A stretch of DNA of 64,000 nt from positions 6,373-70,372 of the forward strand of contig CAZSPD010000001.1 of NCBI GenBank assembly GCA_964608765.1. The letters run 5' to 3'. Of the stretch, positions 10,201-22,200 are shown piece after piece. This stretch comes from Candidatus Woesearchaeota archaeon (GTDB lineage Archaea; Nanobdellota; Nanobdellia; Pacearchaeales; GW2011-AR1). Made by a program: the position numbers and the translations under genes. The notes under the pieces were generated by a model. The model was not told where the DNA came from. It saw nothing but the letters and a program-made list of their open reading frames with translations, and did not search any database. Position 1 is the first letter of the stretch. Each line of letters begins with the position of its first letter.

Positions 10201-13200
10201 ACATCTTCAACAGGAGCAACAGGAACTTCATTATACGGAGGTAATGGAGGAACAGGATCACAAAATCCTGCAGGAACTTCAGGAAATGGAAGTAATTATG
10301 GAGGTGGTGGTGCAGGATTAAGAAGAACTTCTGGAAATAGAATTGGTGGAACAGGAGCACAAGGTTTTGTACAGATAATTTATCAAGAGACTCCGGACAT
10401 AACTCCTCCAACTTATAATAGTGTTTCAGTAGATACGATTTATTCAGACACACAAGCAACTTTTTCAATTAATGTTTTAGATAATTCAAATATTCATCCT
10501 ACAGGAGGATACATATTTTCAACAAATAATTCAGGTTCATGGACTAATGATACATTCGTTATTTTCACTGAAACTCCCTCGTGGGCAAATACAACCAAAT
10601 CACTTAATCCAAATCCAGGAACGAATGTAGGTTATAGATGGTATTTTAATGATTCTTCAGGAAATACTGCCTCAACTCCAATTTATACTTTAAGAACAGA
10701 AAAAGAACCAGGTTCAAAATACACTATTAATTCAACAGGAAGTGCATCTGTTTATGCTGTGGGAACAACTTCTTCAAATAGATGGGCAGCAGGAACAGCT
10801 TCGAGTGTTGCTCAACGAGCAAACATGTCCTTGATTGATAATAGGTATGCAAGGGTTGCAACAACAGCAAATAATAGATATCCTTTTTACAGATTTAATT
10901 TTACAATAGAAGAACAAGTTTTTACAATTTCTTCTATTTTCATAAGATTCACAGGATATAAAACTTCTAGTCAAACAGCAACACTTTATGTATGGAATTT
11001 TGCAACTAGAAATTGGGTTCTGATAAGTGATATCCCAGACTCCCCTTCAGATGTAACATTAAACATAACAAATAATATTGGAGATTATATTGATGATAAT
11101 CAACAATTAGTAATTATTGCAGAAGGTAATCGTTTTTCAGCTAGAGGGAATTCAATATTTGTAGATTATGTAAGTGTTAATGTCCTTTATGAAGAAGATA
11201 CAACCCCCCCAACTTATAACAGTGTTTCAATAGATAATATTTATTCAGGGGAATTAACAATATTTTCAATTAATATTTCAGATAATGCAGCGCTTCATCC
11301 AAATGGAGGATACATATTCTCAACAAATAATTCAGGCTTATGGGTGAATGATTCATTTGTTAGCTTTACTGAAACTCCCTCGTGGGCAAATACAACCAAA
11401 TCACTTAATCCAAACAAAGAGACAGCTGTAGGTTATAGATGGTATCTTAATGATTCTTCTGGAAACACTGCTTCAACTCCAATTTATACTTTAACTACTT
11501 TAAGGCTTCCCCAGATTTTTATTTATAATTTTACAGGGAGTGGAACTTGGAGAGTTCCAGATAATGTTGAAAACAATAATATTACAGTAAGAGTGTGGGG
11601 GGGCGGGGGAGCAGGTGCAGGATTAACAGCTACTGGATATGGAGGTGGTGGAGGTGGCGGAGCATTTGCATCTTCTAATATAATTGTAACTCCGGGAGAA
11701 AACCTAAGAATATATGTAGGAGGTTCTGTAGCAGGAACAACTGGAAATGGTGCAAATGGAATTCAAAGTAATGTCTCGTGGCAAAATAATACTCTTGCAG
11801 TTCGTGCTGCTGGAGGAAACGGAGGAACAACAACTGCAGGAGGTACAGGAGGAACAGTTGCAAATAGTTTAGGTACAATAAGGTATGCAGGGGGAAACGG
11901 TTTTAGACCAACATCTGGAACAACAGGTGGAGGAGGTGGAGGGGGTGCAGGAACAACAGGTACAGGGGGAAGCTCTACTTCTCAAATAGGTGGAACAGGA
12001 ACTTTAGAATTCGGAGGAGATGGTGGAAATGGAGGGGCTTTAAACGGTAATGGTAATCCAGGACAAAGTTATGGAGGAGGTGGTGGAGGTACTAGAAGAA
12101 CTTCTGGAAATAGAGTTGGTGGGGGAGGAGCACAAGGTTTTGTACAAATAATATATTTTGGTGAAGAAGATATAACACCTCCAACATACGGGGACCCTTC
12201 AACTGATAATATTTTTTCAGGAGAATTGACAACATTTTCTATTGAAGTTTCAGATAATGCAGCACTTCATCCAAGAGGAGGATACATATTTTCAACAAAT
12301 AACTCAGGTTCGTGGGTTAATGATTCATTTGTTAGCTTTACTGAAACACCTTCATTAGCTAATTCAATAAAAACTCTCCACTCAACTGTTGGAGCAGTTG
12401 TAAGTTATAGATGGTATTTTAATGATTCTTCAGGAAATACTGCCTCAACTCCAATTTATACTTTAAGAACAGAAAAAGAACCAGGTTCAAAATACACTAT
12501 TAATTCAACAGGAAGTGCATCTGTTTATGCTGTGGGAACAACTTCTTCAAATAGATGGGCAGCAGGAACAGCTTCGAGTGTTGCTCAACGAGCAAACATG
12601 TCCTTGATTGATAATAGGTATGCAAGGGTTGCAACAACAGCAAATAATAGATATCCTTTTTACAGATTTAATTTTACAATAGAAGAACAAGTTTTTACAA
12701 TTTCTTCTATTTTCATAAGATTCACAGGATATAAAACTTCTAGTCAAACAGCAACACTTTATGTATGGAATTTTGCAACTAGAAATTGGGTTCTGATAAG
12801 TGATATCCCAGACTCCCCTTCAGATGTAACATTAAACATAACAAATAATATTGGAGATTATATTGATGATAATCAACAATTAGTAATTATTGCAGAAGGT
12901 AATCGTTTTTCAGCTAGAGGGAATTCAATATTTGTAGATTATGTTGGAGTTACTACATATTATGTAAAAGATGTTATTCCTCCATCTTATAGTAGTGTTT
13001 CTGTAAACAACACTGAACCAGATGAGCCTGCAAGATTTTCAATTAGAGTTTCAGATAATATTGCACTTCATCCAAGAGGAGGATATATCTTTTCAACAAA
13101 TAATTCAGGTTCATGGATGAATGATTCATTTGTTAGTTTTACTGAAACTCCTTCATGGGCAAACGTGACAAAGATATTATCTCAAGAGGAATTAATACCT

Positions 13201-16200
13201 ATTGGTTATAGATGGTATTTTAATGATACTTCTGGAAATACGGTTTCAACTCCAATTTATACTTTAAGAACAGATGCTTATCCCCCTTCTGCATCTCAAG
13301 TTCAATGTGAGAGAGCAGGTTCTTGGAGAGATTGTAGTACATTTAAATTTTCAGATACAATTACTAGAGTTAGAATTAGCTGTGGAGGAGAAGTTATAAA
13401 TGCAGGATTTAATTTAATTAATATCCCAGATTCTCGAACTTTTTTTAATTCAAACTCAACTTCAAATGAGGGGAATTGGTGGATATATGATAATGCAGAT
13501 TTAATTATAAATGATTCAGGAACATTTAACTTAACTGGGGTGTGTTATGGCCCTTCTTCTCAAACAGAAAGCTTCGTAAATTGGACTGTTCCTTGGGGAA
13601 GATTAGAGGTAGACTTAGTTAATCCAAATATGAATACAAATGTAAACCCTAATGAATTTTTTGATTTTACAGCAAGTGTAAGATGTGTTGAAGGAGAGTG
13701 TGGATTTGTGAATATTACTTTAGATCCTACTGACTCCTGGTGGAATAAAGAGTATGAAAATAGGAGATTGATAAACATAACTAATCCAAGTAATTCAATT
13801 TTAGTTCAAAACTATACGATGCTTGTTGTTGTAGATACAACAGGAGAAGAATTCAAATCTAATGGAGATGATTTAAGAATAGTATACTGGAACGGTACTC
13901 ACAATATAGAAATAGATAGATACAACAGCACATCATTTGATGACCCTTCAACAGAGATTTGGTTTAGGATACAATCTAATATTTCATCTAGGGGGTATAG
14001 TGATAATTATTACATATACTATAATAATAAAGATGCATTAAATCCTCCAAGCAATGGAAGTAGAGTCTTTGAATTTTTTGATGATTTTAATAGACCAAAT
14101 AGTGGGACAATAGGAAATGGGTGGACAGAAACTTCAGGAACATGGGATATTTTAAATGGAAAAGTAAGAAATACTTATGGAGGAGATAGTGATTTAACAA
14201 GAACAACCATTACAGACAATCACTCTTTAAGAGCAATAGCAACCCCTGTGGTTTATGATGCAGATTTTAAACTTTCAATACGTTCTTCGACTTCTTTTAC
14301 ATCTGGATACACTTTTGGTTATCAAAATAATTACATGGAGCTAACCACAGAAGGACACACTACAAACAATTTAGGCTCTTCACCTTTTTCAATAATTGAA
14401 GGAAATACTTATGAAATAGAAATAAATACTGTGGGGAATAGAATAGTTGCATATGCAAACGGAAATATTATTTTTAATTTGACCAACACTGCTTTTTCTT
14501 CAGGAAGAATGCTTCTTCATTCATGGGATATTACTGATTTTGATGATGTTTGGCTAAGAAAATTAATTGACATAGAGCCAGTTTATTCTTTAGGAGCACA
14601 AGAAAAAGTTTCAAAAGGAATTTTATCTACTGTCGTAGGAGATATTCCATTTTACACCACTTCAAGAAATCCCATGGATTATAGAGGAACAAGTTGTTTA
14701 TCAGATATGAAATCAGGAGATGTTTGCGATGTAACTTGGCACGTGAATTCAACAGGAAAAATAGGTTCTATATGGGAGTTTTTTGTCTTTGCAAACACAA
14801 CTAATTATACAAATTATTTTAATTCTAGTGATACTTCTTCTTATATAAATATCACTATTGGAAATCTTCCTCCAGAAATCCCAGAATTAAATTTTCCTGC
14901 AAACAACAGTGCTCTAACAACTATTGGAGAATTTAATTGGAGTAATTCAAGAGACCCTACAGGAGATACTGTATATTATATGATTCAAATAAGTAATTCC
15001 CCTGAATTTACTAATTTAATTTACTCAAATTATAATATTCCAGAACAAGACACTATTACAGGGATCACTCCAACAGGAATCACTCAAGAAGGAGCATACT
15101 ATTGGAGAGTTTTAGCAACTGATTTAAAATCAAATTCTTCATGGAGTGAAACAAGAATATTTTATTATGATTTAAGCCCTCCAATAGTTAATTTAATTTC
15201 ACCAGAGCATAACTCAATTATAACTTACTCAAATACAATAGACTTTATATTTAATGTAAATGATTTATCAGATATTCAAAGATGTGATTTAATTATTAAT
15301 GACTCTGTAAGAGATACTTTAATAGATGTTGAGAAAAATACTAATGTAACATTTACTTTTTCTCTTTTAAATTCATTTTATAATTGGAGAATAACTTGTG
15401 CTGATTCAGCAGGTAGAGAAGGATATTCTGAGACTAGACTTTTAAATGTAGATGTTTCAAATAATCCTCCAAAAGTGGGGAAAATAGAGTGTGAGAAAAA
15501 AGGAGTCTGGCAAAATTGTAGCTCAATAGTATTTGGAGATACACTAACAAGAGTAAGAGTATTTTGCTCAGATCCAGAAGAATCAGTAGGAGAAGGAGTA
15601 GTAAATGCATCTATTAATTTAACAAATATTCCAGATGCACATACTTTCTTTGAGGAACTTAGTTTTGAAGAAGATGGATATGGTTTTTGGATGTTTAATA
15701 ATCTTAATTTTAAAATAAATGACTCAGGAGAATTTATTATTTATGCTACATGTTATGATGAGGATGCTCTCTCAGGAACAAACTCTACAAGTTGGAATGT
15801 TCCCTGGGGAACATTTGCTATTGATTTAATTAATCCCAACTCAGATATAAAAGTTCTGAAAGATAACTTTTTTACATTTAGCTCAAGAATAAAATGTATT
15901 AATGGAGAGTGTGGAAATGCAAATGTAACTCTAGACCCCCCTAATTGGTGGAATGAAACATGGAGTTCTAGAAAAACAATTAATATTACTAACTCTGGAG
16001 AAACTTCTCTTTTAAATTTCCCAATTTATATTAACTTATCTAAAGAACCAGAAATGCAAGCAAACTTTAATGATATTAGATTCATCAATGGTTCTTGTGG
16101 TTCTACAGGTAATTATTTGTATTTAGATTATGAAATAGAAAACTATACTTCTTCAAAAGCAGATGTCTGGATAAATATTCCTCGTTTTTCTCCAGGAGTA

Positions 16201-19200
16201 AATCAAATTTGTATGTATTATGATAATCAATTTGCACTGTCTGGACAAAATCCAATTAGAGTCTGGGATAATAGTTATTTGACTGTACAACACTTAGAAG
16301 AAACAGGAACAGGAATAAGGTATGATAGTAAATATAGAAGAAATTTTACTACAACAGGGTATGATAATGATGAAAATGTTTTTGGGATAATTGGAGGAGC
16401 AGACTTATTAGATGGAGTTAATGATGCACTTACTTCAGGAAATAGTTTCTTAAATAATTTGGGAGCATTCACAATTGAAGGATGGATTAAACCCCGTGCA
16501 TGGGGTTCAAGAGTTAGTTTTGTTGGACAAAATGATCTTGTAGAATTTTTCTTAGATGGTTCAAACACCATCTCAATCTGGACAGCTAATGGTGGAAGTA
16601 CTTCTACTTCTTATCCTTTCTCATTAAACACCTGGCATTATTTATCTGCAACTGGAACAGGAAGCAATATTTTAATTTACCTCGATGGAGTACAAGTAGC
16701 TTCAGGAGGTTCAAGCACTTCTAATTATGGAACTTCAACATATCACGTTAAAATTGGTGAAGGTGTAGTAGATGCATCTGGAGGATTTTTTAATGGTACA
16801 ATGGATGAAGTACGTATATCAAACATTTCCAGAAGTGCAGACTGGATTAGTCAATCTTATCAAATAATTAATAATCAATCTAATCTTGTTTCATTTGGGA
16901 TTAAAGAAGAAAAAACAAAAGGAATAATATCCACAGTAGCAGGAACAACTCCTTTTTACACAACAACTCCTAATCCTTTAGATTCAACAACATTTAGTTG
17001 TTTAGAAAATATGAAATCTTCAGGAGGTTCTTGTGATGTAAGCTGGAATGTTAATGCAACAGGAGAATTAAATTCAGTATGGAAGTTTTTTGTTACATCA
17101 AATAACTTGAATAACCAAGAATATTATAATACAAGTTCAAAATCTAAAGAAATAAACATTACAATATCCAGCCAAATACCTCCGACTGTACCTCAACTCT
17201 ATCGTCCATTAAATAATACAGCATATCCTGTAATTCCTAATTTAAATTGGACAAACTCAACAGATCAAAATAGAAGTAAAATATATTATATAATTGAAGT
17301 TAGTGATAATTATGATTTTTCAACAATAGTCTTTGCTAACTACAGTATTCCAGAGACTTCATCACCTACAGGAATTACCCCTACAGGAATAAGTCAAGAA
17401 GGAGCATATTATTGGAGAGTTAAATCTTCAAATTTAAATTCAAATTCTTCTTGGAGTGAAACAAGAGTATTTTATTACGATACTTCTGCACCTCAAATAA
17501 ATTTTATTAATCAAACAGGAGAAGATAATCGTCACATTAACAATACTAATTGGCTAAATAGGGGAGAGAATCTGACAATCTTTATTGATGTAACTGATAT
17601 TAATACAAATTATGTTTGGGTTGTAGTGTGGCAATCTATTGTAGGAGGAGTAGAAAAATTAAAGATATTCTTTAATAAAATAGGGGATTCATTATGGAAA
17701 GCAGAAATTTCAACAAATCAAACTTGGGATGATTCTTACAATTATACAATTTACGCAAATGATACTGTTGGACATCTAACAAATTATACATCTAATTTTA
17801 CTGTTTTAGGAGGAAACACTTCAATTTACTTAACTGAAGATTATGTAGTTCCTCCTTCAAATGTCTCTGTTTACGGGCACGCTTATCTTTCAAATTCAAC
17901 AGCTCTTTCAAATCATCCAATTAATATTTGGGTGGATGGAAAGTTTTTATTTTTACAAAATTTAACTCCTGAAGGAGAAGATTATATATTCTATAAACAA
18001 TTTTTAGAAACTTCTAACTCTGAATTTTCTCAAGGAACTTTTTATAATACAGAGGTTCAAAACAATCAAAATTTAATTTTATCAGATGGAGAAGCTTATG
18101 GGGAATTTACTAAAATATTAGATGCAGGAGCAATAGTGCATTGGGATAATCTCTCTTGGAATTTTCAAGGAGCCTCTTGTTCAGGAGTTTATACTTATCA
18201 ACACGGAGACACTAATGGATATTTAGGAACTGAGGATAGTTATATCAGTAGTGGATTCCCAAACATTAATTATGGTTCTAGTAATTCAATAATAGTTGAT
18301 GGTTCACCAACTTCTGAAAGAGGGTTAATTTTATTTAAAAATATAATTGGAAAAAGATTTAATCAAATCCCTGAAAATTCAACAATAAATAGTGCGAATT
18401 TAGCTTTTTATATTTCAGATACTGGAGACCAAGTTGGAGTTTACCAAGTTTTAGAAGAGTGGAATGAAAATTCAGTTACATATAATAATAGAGGAACAGG
18501 AAGCCCGTGGAGTTCTGCAGGATGCAGTGGAAGTCCTTCCCGTGCTATAATGCCTGATGATACTTTTACTGCAATAGTCCTTGGAAAATACACTGTAAAC
18601 ATTACAAATTCTTTAAAGAACTGGGTTTCAGGGCAAGAAAATTATGGATGGGTATTTAATATGCCTACAAGTAATGGTATTGAAATTAGAAGTAAAGAAT
18701 ATATTGAACTTTCAGAGAGACCTCTTTTAACAGTAGATTACGAGTCAGATGAATGTACTGATGTTCGAGTGTATATTAGAACTTCTAATAATAAACTAAC
18801 TTGGACAGAGTGGAGAGAAGTGTCTAATTTAGATTCAATAAATGATCCTAATATTTATAGCAGATATCTTCAGTATAAAGTAGAGCTATCTTCAACTAGC
18901 ACTTCTTTAACACCTACACTTGAAGATTTAACTTTCCATTATACTGCTTTAACAACAGACTCAAATGGTGATTACAATTACACCCTTGTATCACCATCAG
19001 GATTTGGATATCATAATGTAACTGTTAATACTGGTTTTAGTACAATATTTATTGAGAATACTACTAGCTTTTTTGTTCAAGCAGGATTACCTCCAAATGT
19101 TTCTTTAATTTACCCTGGAAACAATCACTGGTTCTCAGAGGAAGAGTTAACATTAATTTATAATGCATCTGACTTAAATGATGATATTATTCTTTCTGAA

Positions 19201-22200
19201 TTAATTATTAATGGGGTGGTTAATAGAACAAATTCTACTCCTATAATAAATAATGAGTATAATGAATTTATAATTAATCTTGAAAGTGGAGTGTATAATT
19301 GGACAGTCAATGTAACAGATAGTTCTGGATATACTGCCACAGCCCCTTTAAGAATATTTTATGTTGATTTAATTAATCCAAATATTTCCTTAGTATATCC
19401 TAGAGAAGGAGATTCGTTTGTTCTTAGTGAATTGAATTTAAGCTTTAATGTAACAGATAATATGGCAACTAACTTGAGTTGTAGTGTTACACTTGATGGA
19501 GAAGTAATTCATCCTTTAATTTGGGCAACAAGCCACACTATAACCAATGTTTCTTCTGGACCACTCACAGGAGGAGCCCATTATTGGAATGTAACCTGTA
19601 CTGATAATGCCTTGAGGAGTTTTACAAGTCCAACACTTAGCTTTGACATTTCAGATACTCCTCCAGAAGTTGTTTTAATTTTACCTGAGCCGGATTATTT
19701 AGATAGTGATGGAGAAGTTTCATTTACATACACTGTATCAGATAATTCAGGAATTTTAAATTGTAGTCTTTATATAGATAATGTCTTTAAACAAGCAAAT
19801 TCAACACCTGTGATAAATAATCAAGAAAACACTTTTAATATTCAGGGACTTTCAGAAGGAATTCATAACTGGACTGTTGAGTGTTTTGATTTAAGTTCAA
19901 ATTCTCATAAACCGTCTCCACTTAGTTTAAGAGTAGATTTATACAGCCCTTCTATAACTCTTAATTATCCAATGAATCTAGGAACTTCACTAACTTCAAA
20001 TGTTTATTTTAATTTTACAGTTGTTGACAGCTTTGACCCTTATTTAGATTGTAATTTAACAATAAATGGTTTAGTAGTAGACACATTTAATGCAACTTCA
20101 GGAGTAATGACTTCAAGATTAATTGAAAAACTTGCCGATGATACTAAGCTTTGGAGTGTGAGTTGTGTGGATGAAGCAGGGCATCTTGGAACTAGTTTAA
20201 CTTGGAGAGTAAATATAACAGAAGCTCCTAAAGTTGTACTTAACACATTAAATAATTCAAGATATAATTCTAATACAATTACTTTAAATTACACCCCTAG
20301 TGATAATACAGGTATAAGCTCGTGTAGCTTATATTTAAATGGGAATTTAAATCAAGTAAATCAGTCTCCTGTTTTAAATAAAATGCAAAACTCTTTTTCA
20401 GTTAATAGTCTTCCAGAAGGAATATATAATTGGTATGTTGAATGTAAAGATTATATAGGATTATCTAATCAATCTGAAACAAGAATATTTTACATAGATA
20501 GAACAGGCCCACTAATTGAAGTATTTTATCCTAGAGGAGATGATGTTTACAATTCAAATATTACATTTAACTTTACTGCAATAGATTATCTTGATACAAA
20601 TATACATTGTAATATTACAGTAAATTCTTCTGTAGTTGATTCAAATATCCTTGTATCTAATGGAACTCTTATAAGTAGAGAAGTTTCAGGAATAAGTGAT
20701 GGATACAATGTCTGGAGTGTAACTTGTTGGGATAGTTTAGGAAATGCAAATACTAGTCCAATCTTTGATTTTATAAGATACACTCATCCAAAAGTAACTT
20801 TAATTTCTCCTGAAAATAATACTTGGTTTAATACAAGTTCTTTTAATTTAACTTATTTCCCTGAAGATGATGGAGGTATAATTAGTGCTTCTCTTTATAT
20901 AAATGGAATTCATAATAGAAGTAATTCAACTATTATAACTAATAGAGCAAATAATGTATTTGAGATAAATGGATTCCCAGAAGGTTCTTACTTTTGGAAT
21001 GTAAATGTTACTGATACAACTTATTTAACTGGAATAGATGAAGAAAGAAGATTCTATGTGGATACAACTCCTCCAAACATTCAATTAAACTCACCTTATG
21101 AATCAGAAGTAATAACCACAAATAATGTTACATTTGATTTCAAAGTCTGGGATAATCTTGCAGAACACATTACTTGTGAATTTACCTTAAATGAAGAATT
21201 AGAATCTTCTAGAGTTTACATTAATGATTCAGGAGCACAATTTTATTCTATTTTAAGAGATGGAGATCACTCTTGGAGTATTAGGTGTATAGATAATGCA
21301 TCTAACCATGTTTATAGTGGAGAGATTGAGTTTAGTGTTAAAGCTCCCCCAATAGTTTCTTTAATAAGTCCAGAAAATAATTCAAGAACAGCAAGCTCAG
21401 AGATTGATTTTTCATACATCCCTTATGATTTAATAGGAATTACAAGTTGCAGATTTTACTTAGACGGAGAACTAAATTCAACAAATAGTCTTATCTCAGA
21501 GAATATAATCAATAATTTTAATATAAAAGGAATTTCAGAAGGAATTCATAGTTGGACTGTAAACTGTAGTGATTCAGATAATAATTGGAACTGGTCTGAA
21601 GAAAATATTTTTTATAGAGACATAACTCCTCCTTCAATTATTCTACACACACCTGAAAATGATACTGGCATTGATTCTAATTTAGACAGAATTTATTTTA
21701 ACTGGACTGCAATAGATATTTTAGATGATTCTCTTCAGTGTAATTTAACACTAGATGGAATAACTAGGAAACAAGATATTTGGATAACAAGTGGTATTTC
21801 AAATAGAGAGTATATTTTTACTTCAACTTTAGAACAAGGAGCACATTACTGGAATGTAACTTGTTGGGACCAAGTAGGAAATGCAAATACAAGTGAATTA
21901 AGAGTGTTTAATTTAACCTACCCTGATTTTTTAGTTAGTGACTCTGAAATATTTTTAAATGAAAGTTTACCTAAGGAAAACCAGCCTATTGAAATCACTG
22001 CAACAATACGTAATCTCGGAGGAGTAGATGTAGGAAATGTAACGGTCAGTTTTTATATAGGAGATCCTGATTTAGGAGGATATAAATTATCTCCAGATAC
22101 ATTTATAGCTATTACTAAATTCGGTGCAGTTAATGTTACTAAGTCTTGGACTCCTGAAATAGGTTCTTCAGAAGTGTTTGTTATTGTAGACCCTCCACTT

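Larger units (their letters stand above)
8775..13290. repeat. Intragenic tandem array. Three Gly/Ala/Thr-rich modules start at about 8775, 9740 and 11515, interleaved with five PPTY modules of ~105 aa and two TEKEPG modules of ~170 aa.
   Basis: Protein-level repeats GGGGAGAG...GGGGGGAFASS...VTPGENL...GNGANGIQSNVSWQNNT. Reverse-strand pseudo-ORFs at 8933, 9899 and 11675 are mutually similar, giving periods of about 966 and 1776 bp. Confidence 0.85.

Noticed and set aside
8933-12747. Minus-strand ORFs inside the giant gene (8933-9136, 9021-9275, 9899-10102, 10109-10321, 10199-10468, 10774-10974, 11675-11878, 12547-12747, 13560-13778 and others)
   Set aside because: They are antisense read-throughs of the Gly-rich and repeat modules (LLQQ- or PPPP-rich low-complexity translations). 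They recur with the same period as the sense repeats, and the coding signal is clearly on the plus strand.
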